Shown: in pieces, positions 1-9,248 of the stretch
Numbering within the stretch: position 1 is the stretch's first letter
Layout of the letters: the number at the start of each line of letters is the position of its first letter
Virus genome (UHGV): UHGV-1394707
Reading direction: 5' to 3' (one strand)
Source of the DNA: a virus
DNA: 32,637 nt
The notes under the pieces: generated by a model
What the model was told of the DNA's origin: nothing
Databases searched by the model: none
Seen by the model: the letters and a program-made list of their open reading frames with translations, nothing else
Made by a program: the position numbers and the translations under genes

Positions 1-520
<520 letters not shown>

Positions 521-685
521 CAAAAACACTGCAAATCATTTCAATAACAGCTTCAAAAAACGTTCAAAACCGATAACAACCAGGCTGTAACCAAATGACT
601 CATATCACAAATCAGCTCATGCCGTTTAGGTATGTTACATGTGTGATTATGTGAGGTGAAGTATGTTTTAGCTGGTTCATGGTTG

Positions 686-1294
686 TTATACGGCTTTTTT
701 TACATCTTGTGGTTCTTGTGAAGGAGCTACAAGACCTTCCTGTTCATAAATACCATACTTTGACAAAATCTCTTTACGAGTATCTGTTGGTAATGATTCA
801 AGCATTTTGGCTGTTTGTAAGGTTTGTTGCGAAATACCTTGCAAATTAGCCTGGATGGAATCATCGGAAGAAAAAATCTCAGGCATAAGAGCTTCAAATC
901 CTTTCTTTCTGAACAACTCAATCGCAGAATGCAGTTCCTTGTCCTCTAACAATTCGACAATTGCGATCAGTTTAGTTTTCAATGTGCTGCGGTCAGGTTG
1001 AGGATTTTTATTCTCTTGAGTATTTTTATGCTCAACCATTGGCATGCTCTGACTTTGGATAAACCACTCTATTGGACGCCCTGTTGCGTAGGCTATTTGT
1101 GCTAATCGATCTAAAGACGGGTATGTCTTGCCAGACAGGTAGTTTCTGATAACCCCATCAGAGAGTCCGCACTTAGCTGCAAACGCCCGGCTTGATTCTC
1201 CATTCATTGCCTCTTCAAGGCGTTCCTTGAAACGCATTATTTCAGATGGCATAAAAATGCGCTCTGCATTTTTGCTTTCTTTTTCACCTGTCAT
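686..1294 (-). CDS. c: Prophage repressor (positional equivalent of Mu c) with XRE-type HTH N-terminal domain and Mu-c-like C-terminal region
   Basis: Divergent from ner across an operator region. N-terminus ..SRAFAAKCGLSDGVIRNYLSGKTYPSLDRLAQIAYATGRPIEWF looks like a Cro/C1 HTH; C-terminus ..KEILSKYGIYEQEGLVAPSQEPQDVKKAV resembles the Mu c tail as recalled. Start taken at MTGEKESKN (ATG at 1294, 202 aa); the ORF-track start at 1345 has no RBS. Confidence 0.75.
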   Translation of the reverse strand: MTGEKESKNAERIFMPSEIMRFKERLEEAMNGESSRAFAAKCGLSDGVIRNYLSGKTYPSLDRLAQIAYATGRPIEWFIQSQSMPMVEHKNTQENKNPQPDRSTLKTKLIAIVELLEDKELHSAIELFRKKGFEALMPEIFSSDDSIQANLQGISQQTLQTAKMLESLPTDTRKEILSKYGIYEQEGLVAPSQEPQDVKKAV

Positions 1295-1463
1295 GCTCAA
1301 TCTCTCTGTTATATAAAGAATTTTACAGAATGCTTTGATTTGCATTGGTTAAAATAAAAATGCGCATAGCTCTTGAAATGCGCATTTTTCTGCGCTATCG
1401 TTTTTCCCGATAGCGGTAGCCGGTATCAGTTACCGAAAACGTTAAGAAAGTAAGGATCGCAGA
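1295..1463. promoter_or_regulatory. Operator / divergent early promoter region between repressor and ner
   Basis: 169-bp AT-rich gap between divergent genes; two copies of palindrome ATGCGCAT (~1360-1367, ~1378-1385); inverted repeat GCGCTATCG-N7-CGATAGCG (~1392-1415); CGGTA-N5-TACCG (~1422-1436). Confidence 0.6.
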
Positions 1464-1691
1464 ATGTCAGCAAAAAACCAAGACTGGCACGCAGAGCAGA
1501 TAAAGGCTGCTGTTCGTATGAAGGGGAAGACACTATCTCAATTATCCAGAGAGGCAGGCTTAAAGCCTGACACTATGCGTAACGTATTTCGCTGCCATAT
1601 ACCACGATACGAAGCAATCATTGCTAGATATTTGGATATGGAACCAGCCCAGATTTGGCCTTCTCGGTATATGGAGAAAACATCATGTTAA
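1464..1691 (+). CDS. ner: Ner-like DNA-binding early regulator
   Basis: 75 aa, first gene of the early operon, RBS AAGGA; ..[32 protein letters not shown] resembles Mu Ner (..WPSRY tail) as recalled. Confidence 0.8.
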   Translation: MSAKNQDWHAEQIKAAVRMKGKTLSQLSREAGLKPDTMRNVFRCHIPRYEAIIARYLDMEPAQIWPSRYMEKTSC

Positions 1692-3682
1692 CCCATTGGG
1701 TAACAGCGCAAGAATGCGTAGGAATGTCATGCTTTCCTAAACATGAGGTGAGTATTCGCCGCAATCTTGAAAAGCTTGCAGCCAATCATCCAGAACTACG
1801 TCGCAAGCGTACGGGTTCAAAGGCTTTGGAATTTCATATATCAGTTCTGCCAGCGGCAGCACGTGCTGAGTTGTTATTAAAATCTGAGCAAATAGAAACA
1901 AGCCAGGGGTATTTTGAAATCGCCCGCCCCACGCTGGAAGCCCATGATTATGATCGTGAGGTGCTGTGGAGCAAATGGGATAACGCCAGCGATTCCCAGC
2001 GCAGACTTGCTGAAAAATGGTTGCCTGCGGTTCAGGCTGCAGACGAAATGCTGAACCAGGGGATTTCAACAAAAACGGCTTTTGCGACCGTTGCAGGGCA
2101 TTACCAGGTCAGCGCATCCACTTTGCGGGACAAGTATTACCAGGTACAGAAGTTTGCGAAGCCTGACTGGGCGGCTGCGCTTGTTGATGGACGTGGTGCA
2201 TCCCGTCGCAACGTTCACAAAAGTGAATTTGACGAGGATGCCTGGCAGTTTCTGATTGCAGATTATCTGCGACCGGAAAAACCCGCCTTCCGCAAATGTT
2301 ATGAGCGTCTGGAACTGGCAGCCCGCGAGCATGGCTGGAGTATTCCCTCCCGTGCCACGGCCTTTCGCCGGATTCAGCAACTGGACGAGGCAATGGTTGT
2401 TGCCTGTCGTGAAGGTGAACATGCACTGATGCATCTGATACCGGCACAGCAGCGAACTGTGGAACACCTGGACGCCATGCAGTGGATCAACGGCGACGGT
2501 TATCTGCATAACGTCTTTGTACGCTGGTTTAACGGTGATGTGATCCGTCCGAAAACATGGTTCTGGCAGGATGTGAAAACCCGAAAAATTCTGGGCTGGC
2601 GCTGCGATGTGAGCGAGAACATTGATTCAATTCGCCTCTCGTTCATGGATGTTGTGACTCGCTACGGTATCCCGGAGGATTTTCACATCACCATTGATAA
2701 CACCCGTGGTGCTGCGAATAAATGGCTGACGGGAGGCGCGCCCAATCGCTACCGCTTTAAGGTAAAAGAGGACGATCCAAAAGGACTGTTTTTACTGATG
2801 GGGGCGAAAATGCACTGGACAAGCGTTGTTGCCGGTAAAGGCTGGGGCCAGGCAAAACCTGTTGAACGTGCTTTCGGTGTTGGTGGGCTTGAGGAATACG
2901 TTGATAAGCATCCGGCACTGGCTGGCGCATATACGGGGCCTAATCCGCAGGCAAAACCTGATAACTATGGCGACCGCGCTGTTGATGCAGAGCTGTTTCT
3001 GAAAACCCTTGCCGAAGGTGTGGCGATGTTCAATGCCAGAACAGGCCGTGAAACAGAAATGTGCGGAGGCAAACTTTCGTTTGATGACGTTTTTGAGCGT
3101 GAATACGCCAGAACGATTGTGCGTAAGCCTACCGAAGAGCAAAAACGGATGCTGTTACTGCCTGCCGAGGCAGTGAACGTTTCACGTAAAGGCGAGTTCG
3201 CGCTTAAAGTTGGTGGCTCCCTTAAAGGTGCGAAAAACGTTTATTACAACATGGCGTTAATGAATGCCGGAGTGAAAAAAGTTGTGGTCAGATTTGATCC
3301 ACAGCAGTTACACAGCACGGTTTATTGCTACACCCTGGACGGTCGGTTTATCTGTGAAGCGGAATGTCTGGCACCTGTTGCGTTTAATGATGCTGCGGCA
3401 GGCCGTGAATATCGCCGCCGCCAGAAACAACTGAAATCTGCGACGAAAGCAGCAATTAAGGCACAGAAACAAATGGATGCACTGGAAGTGGCAGAGCTGC
3501 TGCCGCAGATAGCCGAACCTGAAGCACCAGAATCACGAATTGTCGGCATTTTCCGGCCTTCCGGTAATACGGAACGAGTGAAGAATCAGGAGCGTGATGA
3601 TGAATACGAAACTGAGCGTGATGAATATCTGAATCATTCGCTGGATATTCTGGAACAGAACAGACGTAAAAAAGCCATTTAA
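1685..3682 (+). CDS. A: DDE transposase, MuA type
   Basis: 665 aa from ATG 1685 (overlaps ner stop, ATGTTAA); the ORF-track frame opens at TTG 1655. Body matches Mu A as recalled; candidate DDE residues in WINGDGY / TIDNTRG / VERAFG; MuA-type N-terminal winged-helix region. Confidence 0.92.
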   Translation: MLTHWVTAQECVGMSCFPKHEVSIRRNLEKLAANHPELRRKRTGSKALEFHISVLPAAARAELLLKSEQIETSQGYFEIARPTLEAHDYDREVLWSKWDNASDSQRRLAEKWLPAVQAADEMLNQGISTKTAFATVAGHYQVSASTLRDKYYQVQKFAKPDWAAALVDGRGASRRNVHKSEFDEDAWQFLIADYLRPEKPAFRKCYERLELAAREHGWSIPSRATAFRRIQQLDEAMVVACREGEHALMHLIPAQQRTVEHLDAMQWINGDGYLHNVFVRWFNGDVIRPKTWFWQDVKTRKILGWRCDVSENIDSIRLSFMDVVTRYGIPEDFHITIDNTRGAANKWLTGGAPNRYRFKVKEDDPKGLFLLMGAKMHWTSVVAGKGWGQAKPVERAFGVGGLEEYVDKHPALAGAYTGPNPQAKPDNYGDRAVDAELFLKTLAEGVAMFNARTGRETEMCGGKLSFDDVFEREYARTIVRKPTEEQKRMLLLPAEAVNVSRKGEFALKVGGSLKGAKNVYYNMALMNAGVKKVVVRFDPQQLHSTVYCYTLDGRFICEAECLAPVAFNDAAAGREYRRRQKQLKSATKAAIKAQKQMDALEVAELLPQIAEPEAPESRIVGIFRPSGNTERVKNQERDDEYETERDEYLNHSLDILEQNRRKKAI

Positions 3683-3720
3683 TTAACGTTTAAACAAAAT
3701 TTAATTACGAGGTTATTCAG

Positions 3721-4659
3721 ATGAATATTTCCGATATTCGCGCAGGACTGCGCACGCTTGTAGAAAATGAAGAAACCACCTTTAAACAAATTGCTCTTGA
3801 GAGCGGACTTTCTACCGGAACTATCAGTAGTTTTATCAATGATAAGTACAACGGGGATAACGAGCGTGTTTCACAAATTCTGCAACGCTGGCTGGAAAAA
3901 TATCATGCAGTTGCAGAACTACCTGAACCGCCCCGCTTTGTGGAAACGCAGACGGTAAAACAAATCTGGACAAGTATGCGTTTTGCCAGCCTGACTGAAA
4001 GTATTGCTGTTGTATGTGGCAATCCTGGTGTGGGCAAAACCGAAGCTGCCCGTGAATATCGCCGCACCAATAACAATGTCTGGATGATCACCATTACGCC
4101 ATCCTGTGCCAGCGTTCTGGAATGTCTTACTGAACTGGCGTTTGAGCTGGGAATGAATGACGCACCACGCCGTAAAGGGCCGCTCTCCCGCGCCCTGCGA
4201 CGTCGCCTTGAAGGTACACAAGGGCTGGTTATCATCGACGAAGCTGATCATCTTGGTGCCGAAGTTCTGGAAGAACTCCGCCTGTTACAGGAATCAACCC
4301 GTATTGGCCTTGTGCTGATGGGAAATCACCGGGTTTATTCAAATATGACGGGGGGTAACAGAACGGTTGAATTTGCCCGTCTGTTTTCCCGTATTGCAAA
4401 GCGCACTGCAATTAATAAAACCAAAAAAGCCGATGTAAAAGCTATTGCGGATGCCTGGCAGATTAACGGCGAAAAAGAACTGGAGTTATTACAGCAGATT
4501 GCGCAGAAACCAGGTGCGCTTCGCATTCTGAATCATTCACTTCGCCTTGCCGCCATGACGGCTCACGGTAAAGGTGAGCGTGTTAACGAAGATTATCTGC
4601 GTCAGGCTTTCCGTGAATTAGACCTGGACGTTGATATTTCAACGCTGCTGCGTAATTAA
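3721..4659 (+). CDS. B: Transposition target-DNA activator ATPase, MuB type
   Basis: 312 aa immediately after A; Walker A GNPGVGKT, Walker B LVIIDEADHL. Confidence 0.9.
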   Translation: MNISDIRAGLRTLVENEETTFKQIALESGLSTGTISSFINDKYNGDNERVSQILQRWLEKYHAVAELPEPPRFVETQTVKQIWTSMRFASLTESIAVVCGNPGVGKTEAAREYRRTNNNVWMITITPSCASVLECLTELAFELGMNDAPRRKGPLSRALRRRLEGTQGLVIIDEADHLGAEVLEELRLLQESTRIGLVLMGNHRVYSNMTGGNRTVEFARLFSRIAKRTAINKTKKADVKAIADAWQINGEKELELLQQIAQKPGALRILNHSLRLAAMTAHGKGERVNEDYLRQAFRELDLDVDISTLLRN

Positions 4660-4674
4660 GAAGGAGAAGAAATT

Positions 4675-4902
4675 ATGATGGCCCGAAATATAAAAATGGC
4701 AACGGATGCGCAGAACTGGTTACAGGCGCGCGGGAGTCATGTAAATGAATCATATCTCGGCGTGGCGCGTCCGATTCTTGAAATCACTTACCCACCGGTG
4801 GAACTGGTAAAAAACGCGGTCAGAATTATGGAGCATAAGTCCGGGGTGGCCCGTTCTGTATGGACGGCCCGTCTTAATGGTTGCCAGATTATCTGGAGAT
4901 AA
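4675..4902 (+). CDS. Small early protein, positional equivalent of Mu kil (gp5)
   Basis: 75 aa, RBS GGAG, first gene after B; identity to kil not verifiable from sequence alone. Confidence 0.5.
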
Positions 4903-4904
4903 CG

Positions 4905-5135
4905 ATGTGTACTAAAGCTGAAAAATATATTGAATGGGTTAAACGGGTACAGAATAACAATGTGGCTTTGACTGCATTTAATTGCCCCAAATGCAAAGAG
5001 CAAATTATGACGCAATGCTCACCAGAAAATGAAGTATGGGACTCCTTTGCATGTTGTCCGTGGTGCAGCGCGGTTTTCTTTAAGCAGGTAAAAGGCGCGA
5101 AGGTAAAAGCCAGCGCAGTTATTCAGAATCAATAA
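4905..5135 (+). CDS. Small zinc-ribbon early protein
   Basis: 76 aa from ATG 4905 (RBS GGAG); CPKC..(24)..CCPWC four-Cys motif; low GC. Confidence 0.55.
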   Translation: MCTKAEKYIEWVKRVQNNNVALTAFNCPKCKEQIMTQCSPENEVWDSFACCPWCSAVFFKQVKGAKVKASAVIQNQ

Positions 5136-5146
5136 GGAGACGCAAA

Positions 5147-5416
5147 ATGGCAAAAGTTATCTTTGAGTTTACATGGCTGGAAAGTAGTGAAGGTTGCAAT
5201 GGGCGCAGAGAAGTTCTGGATGCAAAAGCATGTCTTGCAGATATCTCGCCAACGGAAAATACCGGACCTCATGATTTACTGGCAAATATCGTCCTGACTA
5301 TGGCTCCTGAAATTATTAAAAAGGCCAAAGATGAGATGCTGACCACTATGAAGAAAGTGGGTATGGAGGCTGAATGTGATTTAGTACCACATCCGGTGAA
5401 TGCGGTTAAACATTAA
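5147..5416 (+). CDS. Hypothetical early protein
   Basis: 89 aa, RBS AAGGAG, tightly packed in the early operon. Confidence 0.55.
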   Translation: MAKVIFEFTWLESSEGCNGRREVLDAKACLADISPTENTGPHDLLANIVLTMAPEIIKKAKDEMLTTMKKVGMEAECDLVPHPVNAVKH

Positions 5417-5436
5417 TTCGCAAAGGAACGCTGACA

Positions 5437-5856
5437 ATGAACGTCAAAATCCGAAATGAAATTCAGGCATTAATCCGAATTCAGGAACGCAATAACAACG
5501 GTGGTGAATTACGCGAGTTTATTTGCGCCCGGAAAGTTGATGATTGTGGTGAAAAGACTTACCTGATTGCTTTCGACCATTACAGCATCTGTGCACGTTA
5601 TTGCGGCGAAAGCATATCCCACGCCATTGCATTTGGCGGTGCGTTCAACGTGGATTTATGGGAGTACGTCATGGACCGGGAATACATCTGCGCATCAGAC
5701 CCTGAAGCCCGTGAAATGTGGCAGCGTATCTGGCGCGATTACCGGTTAATGGCAAAAGGCTGGGCGCGCTGCTGTTATTCCTCGCTTGCCCTGAAAGCGG
5801 TTCAGTTATCGCTGCGGCATATTCCGGCATCACTGCGCGAGCCTCTGCTGTACTGA
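5437..5856 (+). CDS. Hypothetical early protein
   Basis: 139 aa, RBS AAAGGA, Cys-rich (..DDCGEKT..CARYCGES..). Confidence 0.55.
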   Translation: MNVKIRNEIQALIRIQERNNNGGELREFICARKVDDCGEKTYLIAFDHYSICARYCGESISHAIAFGGAFNVDLWEYVMDREYICASDPEAREMWQRIWRDYRLMAKGWARCCYSSLALKAVQLSLRHIPASLREPLLY

Positions 5857-6156
5857 ATGGTGGCTGACATGAAGTGTAATCGTAAGCGCTGGTCACGCGA
5901 AGACCGGGAATTTATCGAAGCCAACGTCGGGAAAATGACCGTTGAAGAAATGGCGGAAAAACTGAAAGTCGCCACAACCGCCCTCCGGGCACATGCCAGA
6001 AGGCACGGAATATCATTGTGTGTATACCGAATCAGTGAACACGACAAATATTTATGTCGTGAACTTTATAAAGAAGGACTGGATATTCATGTCATTGCCC
6101 GAAAGATGGAATTAAGCAATCGAGCTGTATCCAGCATTGTATACAGCGGATATTAA
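5857..6156 (+). CDS. Hypothetical early protein with possible HTH
   Basis: 99 aa; ..MTVEEMAEKLKVATTALRAHARRHGIS.. looks like a helix-turn-helix; start ambiguous (ATG 5857 or 5869). Confidence 0.5.
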   Translation: MVADMKCNRKRWSREDREFIEANVGKMTVEEMAEKLKVATTALRAHARRHGISLCVYRISEHDKYLCRELYKEGLDIHVIARKMELSNRAVSSIVYSGY

Positions 6157-6175
6157 TTAACAGGAGCTTTAATTT

Positions 6176-6700
6176 ATGGCTAAACCAGCAAAACGTATCA
6201 AAAGCGCCGCAGCGGCTTATGTGCCACAAAACCGCGATGCGGTGATTACCGATATTAAACGCATCGGGGATTTACAGCGCGAAGCATCACGTCTGGAAAC
6301 GGAAATGAATGATGCCATCGCGGAAATTACGGAGAAATTTGCGGCCCGGATTGCACCGATTAAAACCGATATTGAAACCCTTTCAAAAGGCGTTCAGGGA
6401 TGGTGTGAAGCGAACCGCGACGAACTGACGAGCGGCGGCAAAGTGAAGACGGCGAATCTTGTCACCGGTGATGTATCGTGGCGGGTCCGTCCACCATCAG
6501 TAAGTATTCGTGGTATGGATGCAGTGATGGAAACGCTGGAGCGTCTTGGCCTGCAACGCTTTATTCGCACGAAGCAGGAAATCAACAAGGAGGCGATTTT
6601 ACTGGAACCAAAAGCCGTCGCAGGTGTTGCCGGAATTACGGTTAAATCGGGAATTGAAGATTTTTCCATTATTCCGTTTGAACAGGAAGCCGGTATTTAA
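6176..6700 (+). CDS. gam: Gam-like host-nuclease inhibitor (DNA-end binding)
   Basis: 174 aa, same length and position as Mu Gam; RBS AGGAG. Confidence 0.8.
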   Translation: MAKPAKRIKSAAAAYVPQNRDAVITDIKRIGDLQREASRLETEMNDAIAEITEKFAARIAPIKTDIETLSKGVQGWCEANRDELTSGGKVKTANLVTGDVSWRVRPPSVSIRGMDAVMETLERLGLQRFIRTKQEINKEAILLEPKAVAGVAGITVKSGIEDFSIIPFEQEAGI

Positions 6701-6798
6701 TACCACCATTAATATTTAATTAATTCACATTCTTTTAATTATGGCGCGATGCGTCAGGGGATTGCTCGCGCCTGAAACAGATTACTGAGGAATAAAAC

Positions 6799-7329
6799 AT
6801 GGTTGATGCAAAAATTCTGAATGGTGTCAGCGCATTATTACGGGCTTACGGACGCCTGACCTGCGGGGTTCTGGCTGAAAAAATGAATATGCTGCCCTCG
6901 TCAATGGTGTATTTCCTGCGTGATGCGGTTGATGCCGGAGTGCTCACCGAATGCAACGGATTTTATGACGTTCCGCGCCCGCGTCCGACGCCGCCTGTAA
7001 GACGAAACGCAACTGAGCAGCCTGCTGTTGATGATGCGGTGTGGTGTAACTGGCGTCGCTCATTACCCTGGGTGGAAGGTAATACCATCCCCGCGCTGGC
7101 AAAAGAGTTTGCGACGGGCGTGCTGACCTGTGAGTCAGTCCACATTGTTGCTGAGGTGGATAACAGAATGTGCGAACAGGGAATGCCCCGTTTTGTGATG
7201 GCTTATATCGATATCCGGCTGGGGCGTTTTATTTGCAGTTCAAGCGCCTGGAATATCACCGACCATGTACTGCGTTATCTCATTCTTGATTGTTCTCCGG
7301 CTCCCGCAGCGGTGCAGGAGGTGGCGTGA
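6799..7329 (+). CDS. Hypothetical early protein
   Basis: 176 aa, RBS GAGGAA; N-terminus may be a winged helix. Confidence 0.5.
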   Translation: MVDAKILNGVSALLRAYGRLTCGVLAEKMNMLPSSMVYFLRDAVDAGVLTECNGFYDVPRPRPTPPVRRNATEQPAVDDAVWCNWRRSLPWVEGNTIPALAKEFATGVLTCESVHIVAEVDNRMCEQGMPRFVMAYIDIRLGRFICSSSAWNITDHVLRYLILDCSPAPAAVQEVA

Positions 7330-7859
7330 TGTTTTTTAAAACGTCAAATCCCGCAGCACTGCTGGCGTGGGACCAGTTTATGGCGAACTGTCTGAAACTA
7401 CGCGAAGAAGCCCGCCATCTTGATAAGGTTCTGGGTTGTGGTTGCCGGTCAGTATTCAGCACAGGTATTGGTGGGCGTCATTTTCATGGCGTGAATTTTC
7501 CGGGGAATGAGCGCCCCTTCTCGCGGGAGCTGTGGACCGTACAACGGCCCGCATCAGGTAACAGTTGCAGGCCCAGAACTTCGCGAATACCTGCTCATCT
7601 CAGGGAGCAGGCAAGAGAGCTGGCGAAAATATGGCAGGAGAATATTCCGGTCACTTACGCCCGCACAGACGCTCTTTTACCCGCACTGGGACTGGATTTC
7701 AGCGCAACAATATTCGGGCCGCTCCAGTGGTTCCGTGTTGGTGATGTGATTTACGTCATGACGGGGATGACACCCGCGCAAGGCCGCATGACTGAAATCC
7801 TTTCTGACGAATTTATCCGGGCGCAAAAACAGGCGGAGGTAAACAATGGAAAACAATGA
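7329..7859 (+). CDS. Hypothetical early protein
   Basis: 176 aa from ATG 7329 (overlaps upstream stop, TGATG); the ORF-track frame opens at 7290. Confidence 0.45.
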   Translation: MFFKTSNPAALLAWDQFMANCLKLREEARHLDKVLGCGCRSVFSTGIGGRHFHGVNFPGNERPFSRELWTVQRPASGNSCRPRTSRIPAHLREQARELAKIWQENIPVTYARTDALLPALGLDFSATIFGPLQWFRVGDVIYVMTGMTPAQGRMTEILSDEFIRAQKQAEVNNGKQ

Positions 7860-8028
7860 AACATCGTATTCGTGGCTGGGGAAATTTACCACGGTGAAAC
7901 AGGAATGCCCGACCTGCGGTAATGAATCCCCTGAATATCTGAAAGAGTGCCCTCATTGTGGCGGGCAGAAATGCAACCACTGCGATATGGGCGATGACAC
8001 GGCGTGCATGAATTGTGAAGGTGAATAA
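7846..8028 (+). CDS. Cys-rich small protein (two tandem zinc-ribbon-like CxxC pairs)
   Basis: 60 aa, RBS GGAGG; CPTCG..(10)..CPHCGGQKCNHC..(6)..CMNC; low GC. Confidence 0.55.
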   Translation: MENNETSYSWLGKFTTVKQECPTCGNESPEYLKECPHCGGQKCNHCDMGDDTACMNCEGE

Positions 8029-8029
8029 T

Positions 8030-8320
8030 ATGAATAATGAAACTAAATTTACGCCTAAAGACCTGGATGAAGAACTGGTGAAAGCTAAGATGCTTGAGCG
8101 TATGCGCGATGTTATTGAGACTGCAATCAGTAAAGGCTTTTCTGCGAGAGAGGCCCTTGAAATTATGACACGGGAAATTCATCTCATACGCGACGAAGTT
8201 TTGTTGCATAACAAAAAAGCCCACAACAATATTGTTTGTCGTGAGCTTGGCGTTGATGATTCAGCGGTTATTCCACAGCGTCAGTATCTGTGTGCTCTGA
8301 TGAGAGGTTCCCGGCATTAA
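8030..8320 (+). CDS. Hypothetical early protein
   Basis: 96 aa from ATG 8030 (RBS AGGTGA; ORF track opens at GTG 8015); helical-looking N-terminal 60 aa; C-terminal tail overlaps a convergent - strand ORF. Confidence 0.5.
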   Translation: MNNETKFTPKDLDEELVKAKMLERMRDVIETAISKGFSAREALEIMTREIHLIRDEVLLHNKKAHNNIVCRELGVDDSAVIPQRQYLCALMRGSRH

Positions 8321-8627
8321 CAATATCCTGCCTTGAAGCCCAGAGCTTATTGAGCAGCAGATCAACATACTCATCGGCCTCAAAATCCAGTTCTTCGAAC
8401 GTTTTTCGGTTCTTATAGCTGGCCTGTGTATTTCTGATGATGTCATAAGCATCGTGCATGTTGATAACACCGTTTTCAATCAGCTTAATCATCAGATTAC
8501 CGACCAGCATAAAACCGGTTATACCAAAGAATTTATCCTGGTTATTAACAGGGGTGTCTTTCTGGTTTGTTTCGAAATCTGGGTTTTGTTCATCATCCGA
8601 CACTGTATGTTGTTCTTGTTCAGCCAT
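8268..8627 (-). CDS. Acidic hypothetical protein on the opposite strand (candidate acquired accessory gene)
   Basis: 119 aa with RBS AAAGGA 6 nt before the ATG; about 24 Asp/Glu vs 9 Lys/Arg; GC clearly below the prophage average; the + strand frames across this region look non-coding. Confidence 0.55.
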   Translation of the reverse strand: MAEQEQHTVSDDEQNPDFETNQKDTPVNNQDKFFGITGFMLVGNLMIKLIENGVINMHDAYDIIRNTQASYKNRKTFEELDFEADEYVDLLLNKLWASRQDIVNAGNLSSEHTDTDAVE

Positions 8628-8696
8628 AATATTTCCTTTTATGTTATTACTGAATATGGCGGTGTTGCAGCACCGCCTCTTTCCGGAGGTACGATC

Positions 8697-9248
8697 ATGA
8701 GTCGCACATCCCTGATTAAATTAATCCATGTCGCCCGTCGGGAGCTACAACTCGACGACGACACTTACCGCGCTTTTCTGATGCAGAAAACGGGCAAAAT
8801 CAGTTGCCGCGAGCTTACGGTTACGCAACTGGAACAGGTGCTCGATGCCATGAAAGAACGCGGCTTTAAGAAGCTGAATAAATACCCCCGTCGCCGCTTT
8901 AAGGAACATGTCACACCCCGCGAGAAGGTGTATAAAATCTGGCAGCAGATGGCAGAAGACGGTTTTATTACCGATGGCGGTGATGTGGCGCTGGATAAAT
9001 ATGTTCAGCGCCTGACCGCGAAACGCAACGGCGGACAGGGCGTTTCCACACTGGCGTGGTGTCATGGCGACACGCTGCTGACAGTCCTCGAAACACTCAA
9101 GCAGTGGCACATCCGCTGTATTCGTGAAGCCTTTTCCCGTCACGGGCTTCCATTGCCGGTCAGTCCGTCCGGTCGTGAACTGCGCGGCTATGATGCCATG
9201 ACGGCGGCTTATGCCCATGCCAGAAAGACACGGAGGATGGCACAATGA
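8697..9248 (+). CDS. gemA: GemA-like early protein
   Basis: 183 aa from ATG 8697 (RBS GGAGG), directly upstream of and overlapping mor (ATGA); same size and position as Mu GemA. The ORF-track extension to 8454 is rejected. Confidence 0.75.
   Translation: MSRTSLIKLIHVARRELQLDDDTYRAFLMQKTGKISCRELTVTQLEQVLDAMKERGFKKLNKYPRRRFKEHVTPREKVYKIWQQMAEDGFITDGGDVALDKYVQRLTAKRNGGQGVSTLAWCHGDTLLTVLETLKQWHIRCIREAFSRHGLPLPVSPSGRELRGYDAMTAAYAHARKTRRMAQ

Noticed and set aside
6741-6772. Inverted repeat GGCGCGA-N16-TCGCGCC after gam, as a terminator
   Set aside because: Large loop and no following T-run; more likely incidental or a protein site, and the early transcript must continue to gemA and mor.
7507-7749. 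80-aa ORF in an alternate + frame inside the 7329-7859 gene (possible frameshifted pseudogene)
   Set aside because: Both frames give plausible-looking peptide, but the longer frame has the coupled start (TGATG) and I cannot show a frameshift without a homologue; left as a single intact gene.
8454-8696. N-terminal extension of the gemA frame (ORF track starts at 8454)
   Set aside because: The extension is hydrophobic low-complexity sequence lacking an RBS and is the reverse complement of the better-supported - strand gene; the RBS-backed ATG at 8697 gives a protein of Mu GemA size.
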